Source of the DNA: Rhodothermales bacterium
GTDB taxonomy: Bacteria > Bacteroidota > Rhodothermia > Rhodothermales > Bin80
DNA length: 62,269 nucleotides
Direction of reading: 5' to 3'
Assembly (NCBI GenBank): GCA_012271205.1
Contig: JAAXGT010000075.1
Span: 1-62,269 of the forward strand
The notes beneath the pieces are model-generated. The model was not told the DNA's origin. It saw nothing but the letters and a program-made list of their open reading frames with translations, and searched no databases. Of this stretch, positions 52,582 through 62,269 are shown one piece after another (position 1 is the stretch's first letter; the number at the start of each line of letters is the position of its first letter). The translations under genes and the position numbers were made by a program.

Positions 52582-54555
52582 TCAACTGTAGTAGTCAAAG
52601 TCAGCCTCTGTGCGCAAACGCTGCAAGATCCGGTAGATGCGTGCCGGCATAACATTTGGATCCAGACGTACCGTATAGTGCTGGTCCTGCCAGATATATC
52701 GTTCGCCACCCAGCAGGTCATGCATCTGGAAGGGTGTATCTTGCGGCAGTCCCAATGCCTCCAGCGGCAATGTCATGACTCCTTCCTGCACCTGAAACGG
52801 ATCCAGGTTCACGACACATACTATAATATTCGATCCACTCTGCTTGTAGTACGCCAGCATATGTGGATTCTGAATGTCCAAAAAACGCAGCATGCGCAGT
52901 TGCTGCAAGGCCGCATTTTCCCGGCGAATACGGTTTATCCGGCGGAAAAGCGGCTGCAATGAACCAGGGTCATTCCAGTTCCAAACCCGGATTTCGTACT
53001 TCTCGTTGTCCGCGTATTCCTCGCGCTCCGGATGCTGGTTGCAAACCACGTGCTCATAGGGGGGACCATATACACCATACACTGGAGAAAGCGTGGCTGC
53101 AAGCACATAACGCACAATATGGGCTGGCCTGCCGCCACTGGCCAGATACTCGTGTAATATGTCCGGCGTGCTGGGCCAGAAGTTTGGCCGAAAGAACTCA
53201 ATCAGGGGTGTGGTGGTGAGCTCCTCCATATACCCGCGCAATTCTTCTTTTGTATTGCGCCAGGTGAAGTAGGTATAGGAATTGTTGAAGCCCAGTCGGG
53301 CCAGCGCATACATCGTTTTCGGTCTTGTAAAGGCTTCTGCCAGAAAGATGAGCTCCGGGTTCTTGGCGCGAAGCCGGCCTATACACCACTCCCAGAAAGC
53401 GAGCGGCTTGGTATGTGGATTATCTACCCGGAATATGAACACGCCGCGCTCCATCCAGAACTCAAAGACACCCTTGAGCGCTTCCCAAAGCGTGCGCCAG
53501 TTCTCACATCCAAGATCAAACGGATAAACATCCTGGTATTTCTTGGGCGGGTTTTCCGCATAACGTATTGTGCCATCAGCCCTTTTCTTGAACCATTCCG
53601 GATGTTCCTTAACCCAGGGATGATCCGGCGAGCACTGGAAAGCTATATCCAGTGCGACCTGGAGCCCCAAGTCGCTGGCGGCCGCCACAAAGCGATCAAA
53701 AGCAGCTAGACCGCCAAGCTCACGATGTACGCTCATGTGGCCGCCATCTGGTGCGCCAATGGCCCATGGACTGCCTGGCTCGCCCGGCTTGGCTTCAGGA
53801 GCATTGTCCTTGCCCTTACGGAATTGTGTCCCCACCGGATGTACCGGTGGCAAATAGACGATATCAAACCCCATGTCTCGTATACCGGGCAGCCGCGCAG
53901 CGGCATCGTCCAGCGTTCCATGCACCCAAGCTACATCCGAGCTTGAGCGCGGGAAGAACTCATACCAGGCTGCGAACCCGGCCAAAGCCGGGTCTACTTC
54001 CACGCCAACGGGCGCACTTTCGACAGCACCTCTTTGAGGATCATGCTTGCGGGCGAGTCCAAGGGTTTCCGTGTCAAGTGCGGCCTTGATATTGCCTTCT
54101 CGGAGAGCATTGGCATACGCCAAGAGTTGTGCCCGCTCGGCCTGAGGGACATTGACGGCGAACTCTTTGAGCAATTTGGCACCATCAAGCAATTCGATGA
54201 GCAAAACCGATTCTGGTGCACCTCCTGCCTTGCGGCGTCTAAACTGGTCTTGCCAGGAGCCGAAGCGGTCAACCCAAGCACGTACGTGGTACGAATAGCG
54301 GCCAGGGGACTCCGCCACGAATGCAGCTGTGTACTCGTCATTGAATTGCGGCGTCATGGGCAGCGTCATAGTGGCGCCACCTTTGCGGGTAACCTGCAAT
54401 TCTGCACTCAGCTTATCATGGCCATCCACAATGATGCCAGCGAGGACAGCGACCGTTTCGCCGGCTGCACGTTTGATGGGCCAGTCGCCTTCTTGCACTC
54501 GAGGCTCCACGGAGGTGATGACGACACGTGCCCAGCGGTCGGAGGCGGATTTCAT
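52582..54555 (-). CDS. glgE: Alpha-1,4-glucan:maltose-1-phosphate maltosyltransferase
   Basis: WYEFFPRS, RKGKDN, PGSPWAIG, YAENPPKKYQD, FRVDNPHTKP, LAEAFT and TPDIL. Confidence 0.96.
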   Translation of the reverse strand: MKSASDRWARVVITSVEPRVQEGDWPIKRAAGETVAVLAGIIVDGHDKLSAELQVTRKGGATMTLPMTPQFNDEYTAAFVAESPGRYSYHVRAWVDRFGSWQDQFRRRKAGGAPESVLLIELLDGAKLLKEFAVNVPQAERAQLLAYANALREGNIKAALDTETLGLARKHDPQRGAVESAPVGVEVDPALAGFAAWYEFFPRSSSDVAWVHGTLDDAAARLPGIRDMGFDIVYLPPVHPVGTQFRKGKDNAPEAKPGEPGSPWAIGAPDGGHMSVHRELGGLAAFDRFVAAASDLGLQVALDIAFQCSPDHPWVKEHPEWFKKRADGTIRYAENPPKKYQDVYPFDLGCENWRTLWEALKGVFEFWMERGVFIFRVDNPHTKPLAFWEWCIGRLRAKNPELIFLAEAFTRPKTMYALARLGFNNSYTYFTWRNTKEELRGYMEELTTTPLIEFFRPNFWPSTPDILHEYLASGGRPAHIVRYVLAATLSPVYGVYGPPYEHVVCNQHPEREEYADNEKYEIRVWNWNDPGSLQPLFRRINRIRRENAALQQLRMLRFLDIQNPHMLAYYKQSGSNIIVCVVNLDPFQVQEGVMTLPLEALGLPQDTPFQMHDLLGGERYIWQDQHYTVRLDPNVMPARIYRILQRLRTEADFDYYS

Positions 54556-54680
54556 AAGCGGGAACGATTCCTTATTCTTGATGCCCCTTCTGGCCAGAGG
54601 CGCGAAGTGACAACTTCATTTGCAAGGACGGAAAACTACATATCACCGTGCTATGACACGATATACGCCGGTTTTGGGGC

Positions 54681-56753
54681 ATGTTAGCAAATCCTGACGG
54701 ATTGGGTGCCATCTGGGATGGTTCGGGCGTGAGATTTGCCCTGTTCAGTGCACATGCCAAGCGTGTTGACCTCATACTTTTCGACTCAGATCACAATCCC
54801 GTACGAACGATTCCTGTTACCGGACGCACGGGCCAGGTGTGGCATGTGTACGTTGGGGGGATCGCACCGGGTCAGCGGTACGGTTATCGCGTACATGGTC
54901 CGTGGGAACCGAAGGCGGGTCACCGCTTCAACGCAAAAAAAGTACTGCTGGACCCGTATGTGCGTGCAGTCAGCCGCATGCCGATTTGGGACCGCAGCCT
55001 GTATGGTCATGACACTGGCGTGGACGACCTGGTAATCAGCGGAAAAGATAGCGCACGGAGTGCACCGATAGGTGCTGTAGTGGCACTTAATCGCGCTCCA
55101 CGCACATTTGCGAAGATTCCTTGGTCCGATACCATTATATATGAGACACACGTCAAGGGCCTCTCTATGCTGCATCCCGAGGTTCCGGCGAAGCTGAGGG
55201 GCACCTATATGGGTGCCGCCTCTGAGCCCGTACTTACCCATCTGCAAAAGCTGGGAGTGACCACGATTGAGTTTTTGCCCGTGCACGCTGCTGTTCAGGA
55301 TGAGCGGCTGGTGCGTGCAGGTCTGTCGCAGTACTGGGGTTACAATACTCTTTCATATTTCGCCCCGGATCCCAGATTCGCGACTGGAGACGGATTATCG
55401 GCGCCCGACGAATTTAGGGCTATGGTTGATGCCTTTCATGTGGCGGATTTCGAAGTGATTCTGGATGTTGTCTACAATCATACGGGCGAAGGTGACCATT
55501 TGGGTCCTACGCTTTCCTTTCGGGGGCTGGACAACGCTTCCTATTACATGCCGCTGCCCGAAAATCCCCGGTACCTGTATGACAGTACCGGGTGTGGAAA
55601 TACGCTGAACGTAAGCTGTGCATATGTAAAGCAGCTTATCATGGATAGTCTGCGCTACTGGGTAGAGGTTATGCACGTGGACGGGTTCCGTTTTGATTTG
55701 GCAACCAGTCTGCTACGCGACGCGCAAGGTGTGAACCTGCAAGCCGGCTTGCTCCAGATGATTCAGCAGGATCCCGTGCTTTCACGGGTCAAATTGATTG
55801 CCGAGCCTTGGGATTTGGGGCATGGCGGCTACCGTCTGGGCGCGTTTCCTGCACCGTGGCGGGAGTGGAATGACAAGTATCGCGATACAGCACGCCGCTT
55901 CTGGTGCAAGAAGGGATTCGTTGCAGGCGAATTTGCCACAAGACTTTCCGGATCCAGTGACCTTTTTGCACACGGGCACCGACAACCTTCTGCTTCCATC
56001 AACTACGTCACATGTCACGACGGATTCACGCTTGAGGACTTGGTCTCTTACAATACCAAGTGCAATGAAGCCAATGGTGAGCATGGTCAGGATGGTTCAA
56101 ATATCAACTACAGTACCAACTGCGGAGTGGAGGGCCTCACTGGGGAGATTGCCATCCTGGCCCGGCGTGATCGTTTGAAGCGCAGCTTGCTTACGACTCT
56201 GTTTATGTCCCAAGGTGTTCCGTTGCTGCTCGGAGGTGACGAATTGGGTCGCAGCCAGCAGGGGAACAATAATCCATACTGCCAGGACAATGCCGTGTCG
56301 TGGTATAGTTGGGAGTTTGGTGTTCGCGAAAGGGCCATGCTTGAATTCGTTCGTGCATTGATAGCCTTTCGGAAGGCACATCCGGGGCTGCGGCGCACGT
56401 GTTTCCTCACGGGAAAACAAGACAGCGGTGGTGCAAAAGATGTCGTTTGGTGGCATCCGAACGGCCGCGAAATGAATTCTGAGGACTGGCACCGGACACG
56501 GGCCTTTGCAATGTGGCTGGCCGCGCCGGACATGTTGCTGATGTGCTTCAATGCCACTGGCATAGAGCATTTCTTTACACTACCGGATGTTGAAACACGT
56601 GGCGGATGGTGGGGCGCCATTGGCATGGATCCGGCTCCGCTGGGGTCACGTGTACAAATACCGCCGCAGTCCGTGGTCGTGGCTACGGCGGGTCCGTGCA
56701 GATCAGCGAAGGCGTTCGGTGCCTCGGGTAAGCGTGTGCAGGTGCCGGCCTGA
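54681..56753 (+). CDS. glgX: Glycogen debranching enzyme
   Basis: YETHVKG, YWGYNT, DVVYNHTGEG, DGFRFDLA, IAEPWD, CHDGFTL and GNNNPYCQDN. Confidence 0.96.
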   Translation: MLANPDGLGAIWDGSGVRFALFSAHAKRVDLILFDSDHNPVRTIPVTGRTGQVWHVYVGGIAPGQRYGYRVHGPWEPKAGHRFNAKKVLLDPYVRAVSRMPIWDRSLYGHDTGVDDLVISGKDSARSAPIGAVVALNRAPRTFAKIPWSDTIIYETHVKGLSMLHPEVPAKLRGTYMGAASEPVLTHLQKLGVTTIEFLPVHAAVQDERLVRAGLSQYWGYNTLSYFAPDPRFATGDGLSAPDEFRAMVDAFHVADFEVILDVVYNHTGEGDHLGPTLSFRGLDNASYYMPLPENPRYLYDSTGCGNTLNVSCAYVKQLIMDSLRYWVEVMHVDGFRFDLATSLLRDAQGVNLQAGLLQMIQQDPVLSRVKLIAEPWDLGHGGYRLGAFPAPWREWNDKYRDTARRFWCKKGFVAGEFATRLSGSSDLFAHGHRQPSASINYVTCHDGFTLEDLVSYNTKCNEANGEHGQDGSNINYSTNCGVEGLTGEIAILARRDRLKRSLLTTLFMSQGVPLLLGGDELGRSQQGNNNPYCQDNAVSWYSWEFGVRERAMLEFVRALIAFRKAHPGLRRTCFLTGKQDSGGAKDVVWWHPNGREMNSEDWHRTRAFAMWLAAPDMLLMCFNATGIEHFFTLPDVETRGGWWGAIGMDPAPLGSRVQIPPQSVVVATAGPCRSAKAFGASGKRVQVPA

Positions 56754-58199
56754 ATTGTGTTCCAAAGCCTCCATTTGATCGGATGTCAGGCGCCACTGCC
56801 AGTTTCCATCGACGGTGCCGGGAGTATTCATTCGAGCCTCGCTGCCCAGGCTGAGTACGTCCTGTACCGGCGTGATGACCAGATTGGCCGGTGATTCCAT
56901 CACTTTTTGGAGCGCCACCAACGGGAAATCTTCGTCACGGATGAGGTTCAGGTAGCTCCGCACAAAGGCCCGGACGCACTCCGGGCTGGTTTGCATCCAG
57001 CCCGACAGCGTGTCGTTGTCATGCGTTCCGGTATAGGCAATCTGATTCGGTCTGTAATTGTCCGGCAAGTGCGGGTTTTGGTGGTCGGAATCAAACCCAA
57101 ATTGCAGCACCACCATGCCGGGGAAGCGATACTGGTGCATAATTTGTCGCATGGTGGTCGAGTCGACCCCTAAGTCTTCTGCGATAAAGGGCAGCTCGCT
57201 GAGCGTGTGCTTGAGGCTTTCGAAGAGTGCACCCTGTGGTCCCTCAATCCATCGCCCGGTTTGGGCCGTCGGGGCGCTGGCCGGGATTTCCCAATAGCCT
57301 GCAAATCCTCGAAAATGATCCAGCCGGACGATGTCAAATAACTCCAGCGCGCGCTTCATACGCCGCTTCCACCAAGTGAATCCGTCCCGGGCCATTTCAT
57401 CCCAGCGATAAATGGGGTTTCCCCACCGCTGTCCGGTTTGGCTGAAGAGATCTGGTGGCACGCCCCCAACGACGGTCGGTTCACCGGATTCATCGAGTTG
57501 GAACTGCTCCGGATTGCGCCACACATCGACGCTGTCATGGGCAACATAGATAGGCAGATCTCCAATGATTCGAATGCCGTGCTTGTGGCAATAGGTGCGG
57601 AGCCGCATCCACTGCTGCTGGAAAACGTACTGTTCGAACAAGTGGAAATAGAGGGTGGCTTGGTCTTCCAGATCCTGTAGTGACTGCGCGTGGCTGAGCA
57701 TACGCGCTTCCTTTTCGGGCCACTTGGTCCACACGCGGTTCGCGTATTTTTCCTTGAGCGCACAGAATCCAGCATAGCCCAGGACCCAGTCCTGCTGCTT
57801 GGCGATAAAGGCTTCAAGATTTGACTGCCATGACCATTTCAGGAACTTGGAGAACGCCAGCATCAAGAGCCGTCGCTTGTATTCGTGCACAGTGGAAAAG
57901 TCCACCCTGTCAGCAGGCCAATCCGGCACATCAGTCAAATCATATTCAGAAAGCCATCCGTCGCTTACGAGCAAGTCCGGGCTGATGAGCAAGGGATTAC
58001 CGGCAAAACTGGCCGGACTGGCATACGGCGAATAGCCATGGCCTGCGGGACAGACCGGCAGCATCTGCCAGAATGTCTGGCCGCTTCGCGCACAGGCATC
58101 GACAAATCGGTACGCAGGGGGGCCCAGATCACCAATGCCGTACGGGGAGGGGAGGGAAGAAATATGCAGCAGCAGGCCACTGGCACGGGCAAACTCCAT
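56703..58199 (-). CDS. malQ: 4-alpha-glucanotransferase (amylomaltase, GH77)
   Basis: LHISSLP..GIGDLG, SPY..S.FAGN, GDLPIYV, RLDHFRGF, IAEDLG, YTGTHDNDT and RMNTPG; start placed at ATG 58199. Confidence 0.96.
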   Translation of the reverse strand: MEFARASGLLLHISSLPSPYGIGDLGPPAYRFVDACARSGQTFWQMLPVCPAGHGYSPYASPASFAGNPLLISPDLLVSDGWLSEYDLTDVPDWPADRVDFSTVHEYKRRLLMLAFSKFLKWSWQSNLEAFIAKQQDWVLGYAGFCALKEKYANRVWTKWPEKEARMLSHAQSLQDLEDQATLYFHLFEQYVFQQQWMRLRTYCHKHGIRIIGDLPIYVAHDSVDVWRNPEQFQLDESGEPTVVGGVPPDLFSQTGQRWGNPIYRWDEMARDGFTWWKRRMKRALELFDIVRLDHFRGFAGYWEIPASAPTAQTGRWIEGPQGALFESLKHTLSELPFIAEDLGVDSTTMRQIMHQYRFPGMVVLQFGFDSDHQNPHLPDNYRPNQIAYTGTHDNDTLSGWMQTSPECVRAFVRSYLNLIRDEDFPLVALQKVMESPANLVITPVQDVLSLGSEARMNTPGTVDGNWQWRLTSDQMEALEHNSGRHLHTLTRGTERLR

Positions 58200-58272
58200 G
58201 TCGCCGGGCAGGGTCGTAGTTTTGGAGCAGACAATATACCACCAAGGACTGGCGGACGAGGGAATTACAGCC

Positions 58273-58719
58273 ATGCAAATCGAGATCGGTTCGGCGCAGG
58301 ACCTGGAGGCCATTTCTGTGTTATTTAATGCATACCGGCAGTTCTATTGCCAGCCGTCAGACTTGGTGGGCGCGCAGGGCTTCATCCGCGAACGGCTGGC
58401 GAGGCAGGATTCGCGTATTCTGGTAGCACGCGCGGAATCGGGCGAACTCGTGGGATTTACGCAACTTTATCCGTTGTTCTCTTCCGTGCGCATGCGCCTG
58501 TGCTGGCTCCTGAATGATTTATATGTGGCCCCCGAATGGCGCAAGCAGCGAGTAGCGCGTGCGTTAATGAAGGAAGCCGAAGAGCGGGCTCGCCAGGCTG
58601 GGATTGCGGCATTGTGGCTGGCAACAGAAAAGAACAACACAGTCGCCAAGCGGCTCTACGAAAGGCTTGGCTACAGGATGGATATCGTCTTTGACCACTA
58701 TGAGTTGAACTTGCTGTAA
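58273..58719 (+). CDS. GNAT family N-acetyltransferase
   Basis: LFNAYRQFY, GFTQLYP.FSS, LNDLYV..R.Q.VA and N..A..LYE.LGY. Confidence 0.92.
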   Translation: MQIEIGSAQDLEAISVLFNAYRQFYCQPSDLVGAQGFIRERLARQDSRILVARAESGELVGFTQLYPLFSSVRMRLCWLLNDLYVAPEWRKQRVARALMKEAEERARQAGIAALWLATEKNNTVAKRLYERLGYRMDIVFDHYELNLL

Positions 58720-58752
58720 CCGTCCTCAGGGGCGGTTCGTCTATTGTGAACA

Positions 58753-59502
58753 GTGAAAGATGTTGATGGCATGCAGGAAATCCTAAGACCGCTTACGCTT
58801 CAGGACTACCGGTTTCTCATTGGTGTCATTCGAGGTCCGCTCAATCCAGCCCGCTCATTGCGGGAGCGGCTGGAGGAACTGGAGCAGGAGGGAGCAGCAG
58901 AGCGGCGTGATTTGCTGATTCAGGAGTTGGAACACGAAATCCGCTATCTGGGCAGCAGTGACTTGGCGTACATTATGCGTAAGGCGGTGAACAAGGAACC
59001 GGGCGCGAGCTTCCGGTTGATCATTCGAGACACGGCGCGTCATCTGAAAGTGCCGCTACCGAACTTGGGCACCGAACGCGAAATGCTGGCCCTGCTGGCT
59101 CAGGATTATGCAACGCAGCAGTTTGGGCGCCTTGCGCCAGAACAGCAGCAACAGGTACTGGAAGATCTGGGTGTCGAGCGGGATCGTGCGGCGGCCTTTT
59201 TGAAGAAAGCCGCGGGTGTTTTTGCAGCGCCAGTGCTCATCGAAGCGTTTGGCCTCATTGTCGTGCAAGGACTTATCAAGACTGTGATCTTTGGCCTGGT
59301 TACACGTGTTGTGGGCCGGCAGTTGGCCACACGGTTTTTTGCGTTTATCTTTTCACGCGTGCCTTGGTGGGCGAGTTGGATATCGCCCGCAGCCTGGACG
59401 GTTTCACTCGGCTGGGCCGCTTTTGACTTGCAGGGCCCGGCCCGTCGCAAGACCATCCCTATTGTTCTGTACCTTGGACTCTGCGCGGTCCGCGATCGTT
59501 AA
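58753..59502 (+). CDS. YaaW/UPF0174-like protein
   Basis: E.E.RYLGS, F..I.RD.A..LKV and C-terminal DLQGPARRKTIPIVLYL resembling the YaaW GPAYRVTIP motif. Confidence 0.65.
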   Translation: MKDVDGMQEILRPLTLQDYRFLIGVIRGPLNPARSLRERLEELEQEGAAERRDLLIQELEHEIRYLGSSDLAYIMRKAVNKEPGASFRLIIRDTARHLKVPLPNLGTEREMLALLAQDYATQQFGRLAPEQQQQVLEDLGVERDRAAAFLKKAAGVFAAPVLIEAFGLIVVQGLIKTVIFGLVTRVVGRQLATRFFAFIFSRVPWWASWISPAAWTVSLGWAAFDLQGPARRKTIPIVLYLGLCAVRDR

Positions 59503-59519
59503 TCAGCGCAGGATACCGA

Positions 59520-59970
59520 ATGATGGGCGCACGCACGGGATTTGTCCGAGTCCTGACCTATGCCAGTGCCCTCGTGGTTCTGATCTTCCTGCTGTTGGCT
59601 TCGTGCCTCAATAGAGGCTTGGGAAGATGTGGTGTTTATGGGCATGCCTGCGCTACTGACCCCAGTACTCTTAAGACTGTTAAGGCACCGTGGGGCTACG
59701 CATCATTTGTGCCGTGTGTTGTACGTCTTGCCATTTTGATGGGCTGGCGGGCTTTGCATCAATGATGATGCTTTTGCTGTTCTATTACTGGACGCCTCGG
59801 ACCGCCATACCGGAGGCCCTCTTTGCCTGGTTGACGCTGCCAGTCTTCCTCATTGGTTCTGCCATCACGATTACAGCGGTTCTTGTACTTGTCGTACGTA
59901 CCGATCATCCAGTCGTGGCCTTGTGCGGCATAGCTAACGGCGCTCTGGGGATCGTAGCGACTCACACGCC
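59520..59970 (+). pseudogene. Possible fragmented membrane-protein gene
   Basis: Hydrophobic segments split across frames (ORFs 59520-59765 and 59690-60148); no family recognised. Confidence 0.3.
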
Positions 59971-61130
59971 ACAGCTCCAAGCCAATGTCTTGGCCTGGCC
60001 TCTGTCGTTTCGGTTGCTCCAAGTATTTCGACATCAGCCAGTCCCACATCGACGGAATAGGAGTGGTAAACCTTCCCGCCCCGTTTGCGGCCAAGCCCCC
60101 GTGTACAGTGCAAGATCGAACAGGTGTTGCGCTTCGGCTTTTTCGTAATGGCTGGTCAGAGACTGCATGATGGTTTCATAGGAGACGCCGCTATCCGGCG
60201 CGCTTTCGACCAGCGGTAAAGTAAGTGCTTGGAGTTGCTTCTCCGAGAAGTCCGCTACTCGCCCCTTATAGTATCTGATCCGACTTTTTCGCCCCTCCTT
60301 GAGTACGTCGCTGAATCCCTTGTCAGTCATTACCCCTGCGTCATCGTACAGCTGTGTCACAGCGGCATGCACATAGGTCATGATGTGCTAGGGCCAGCCG
60401 TAGATTTCACTTGTGATCGAATTGGTCCATGGTGCCGTGTCGCCTTTAGCCCCACCGTCTTGGTCAGCCAGTCCCGGATCACGCCCTGCTCCGCATCCGG
60501 GGACAGCCGCCCCAGTTCCGCAAAGCATCTTTTTAAAACCGAGAGATGCCCAGCTCCCCAAATACCTTCCCTGACGTTCCCAGCCCTCCGGCCAGAAGCA
60601 TGACTCGACGACCCAGCTCGCTGTTGTGAATGCAGTTTAACCCCTCGCGTAAAGCCCTGGTCTCCTGCGCATCTCGCACTTGGCTAACGCCAATTTCCTG
60701 TGCCTCGTCCAGAACGAGGAGCAGTTTTCCCTCCTAGAGCGCTTGAGCAGTTTGACCGTCGTCTGTGAACGGGGCGTCTTGATGGTTTCATAGTGGGCCA
60801 CCTGGGACGACCCGGGCTGGAGCGACTTCTCCTTGGGCTGATATTTCTGGCGCGGTTTGAGCTCGTCCACCAGCGTGTCGGGGTTCCATAGGGTATCCGA
60901 ATTAACCCTTGCGATCTGCCATCCCTCGCTTTCTGTCCGCCTGGGGCACTCTGCAAGCAGGGCCGTCTTGCCCGCCCCCGGCGCCCCCTGCACCAGAAAG
61001 ATGGTGCCTGCACGATAATTTCTCCGCATGCCGGCATTCTTGTGTGAAGTTCGCCAAGATCTGGGTCCGTCCGTGAAAATACTCCGCCGGCCCACGATCG
61101 CGCACCTTACTCCAAAGGCGGTCACATGGC
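59970..61130 (-). pseudogene. P-loop (AAA-like) ATPase pseudogene, multiply frameshifted
   Basis: Pieces stitched across frames: RDRGPAEYFHGR / IFLVQGAPGAGKT (Walker A) / LLLVLDEAQ (Walker B) / LLAGGLG...GISRF / GWP*H (TAG 60388-60390) / PIPSMWDWL; boundaries approximate. Confidence 0.8.
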
Positions 61131-61417
61131 AGTGTTGCAGGTTGGTCACGTCTTTGGACACGGCAGGTGCAGCAGGGTTTCTGCAGCACGCACGGAGATT
61201 GGAATTCCGAGGTGATGTGGGCGTTGATTGAGGCGCTCAGGGCAATGCGTGTGTGGATGTATTAAAGCGGCTGAAGCCGAAACGGCCGGCCCGTAGCAAG
61301 GTGTAGCTGGCGGTGCAGCGAGTGTTGGGGCCGGAGATCGTGCGAAGTCGCTGCGTGTTGAGCAGTAGTGGGAAGCCCGCAGCCAGTACCGCGGACTGGA
61401 ATTGTAGCGTGCTCGCT

Positions 61418-61856
61418 CTTGACTAACTTCCATGATTGCAAGCTCAGAATAGCTCACGATAATCATCGGTTCTTGCACGTAAAGCCCCCAAACCGGGGGT
61501 TGGGGGCCGGAGAGGCTCTAGTCCGTACGGGCAGCAATGGCCTATTTGAGCCGTACGTCCAGAAGGTTGAAAGCTTGGATTGACTTCTTGGTTGGCCGGC
61601 CCAAGATCATGATCTGTTCCTCACCGGTCCGCTTGTAAACCAGTTGTTGTTTGGTCAAAGCAGCCAGATGGTCCATGAGTTCGGCAAAGCTGAGGGGCCG
61701 GTCCCCGTCCGATGGGGTTTGGGTTCACCCCTTCCGCTCTTTAGTGGCAGACCGCCGGGCCAGGGTCACCCCACCTTTCCAAGTCGCTGTCGCTCCGCCC
61801 GGATCCTCCTACGCAGAGAGCATCGGCCCCGTGGCCGTTTCATGTGCCAGAGCACT
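61418..61856 (-). mobile_element. IS1634-like element, 3' remnant (transposase C-terminus 61856-61542 plus probable right end)
   Basis: Reverse strand reads VLWHMKR/..PML.A*EDP..ARRS..K.*T...DG..PLSFAELMDHLAALT...PT....AFNLLDV*, matching IS1634 C-terminal motifs; internal TAG and TGA. Confidence 0.65.
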
Positions 61857-62269
61857 TAGTGTCCTGAACGTAATGGTGGTTATGCAGAAGCGGCGGCCAG
61901 TGCCGGCCGGCTCCGCTCGACTTTCTGGAGCATCTCGTCGGCCGGCTTCGTCCAGACCAGGGGCCGGGGATGCTCGTTGCAGGTTTCGAGGCAGTCTTGG
62001 AAGGGCCGCTCCAGATCCGGCCCGGAAGGGAAGGCGCCACGGCGAAGCCGCTGCTTGGTCCGCGGGCTGAAGCCTCGCTCGACCCGGTTCCGCCCCGACG
62101 CACGAGTCGGCGTAAAGGGCCGGAAGAGGTGCTTCGGCCGCTCGATCCCGTCCAGGACCTTGGGGGGCTTGGGGGTCGCGTAGTGATCCAGGATGAGGGG
62201 GATCTCTGGGCTCTGGGGCCCGCCTTTCTCCACTGGGCGAAGGCATGTCAGCCCCTCCGGGTGGCGAGG
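61857..62269 (-). mobile_element. IS630-family element, 3' part (runs off window), with degenerate transposase 62269-61880
   Basis: LILDHYATPK, FTPTRASGRNRVER.F, RLRRGAF.S..DL and PRP.VWTK.ADE match the IS630 DDE C-terminus; end reads ...GGACAC-TA with TA target at 61857-61858. Confidence 0.88.

Overview
Bacterial chromosomal window, most likely Rhodothermota/Bacteroidota-like (inferred from a type IX secretion C-terminal domain, the TonB style, bshB1 and an hrcA-grpE-dnaJ operon). Most of it is housekeeping: ycaQ-like glycosylase, gpmI, sppA, hrcA-grpE-dnaJ, leuS-bshB1, an L,D-transpeptidase, a K+ channel, xseA/xseB, two tonB genes, nnr, moaB, yidD, hisI, MATE, a CCA-type nucleotidyltransferase, nrdJ and a glgB-glgE-glgX-malQ alpha-glucan cluster. 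Accessory secreted proteins include a Spondin-GH5-CBM6-T9SS fusion and a four-gene beta-propeller operon with two choice-of-anchor B paralogues. No rRNA, tRNA or CRISPR array was found. The most striking signal is in the dead insertion sequences (ISL3 at 8.7-10.1 kb; IS630 nested in an IS1634-like element at 61.4-62.3 kb). Their transposases appear to have been destroyed by dense, almost one-directional A->C / T->G transversions, often at CpA/TpG. A neighbouring non-IS pseudogene and intergenic DNA do not show this pattern. It suggests an IS-targeted, RIP-like hypermutation process. Ancestral residues were inferred from remembered family consensus, so alignment and read-level checks are needed. 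Several start codons were moved downstream of the ORF-track starts by judgement.
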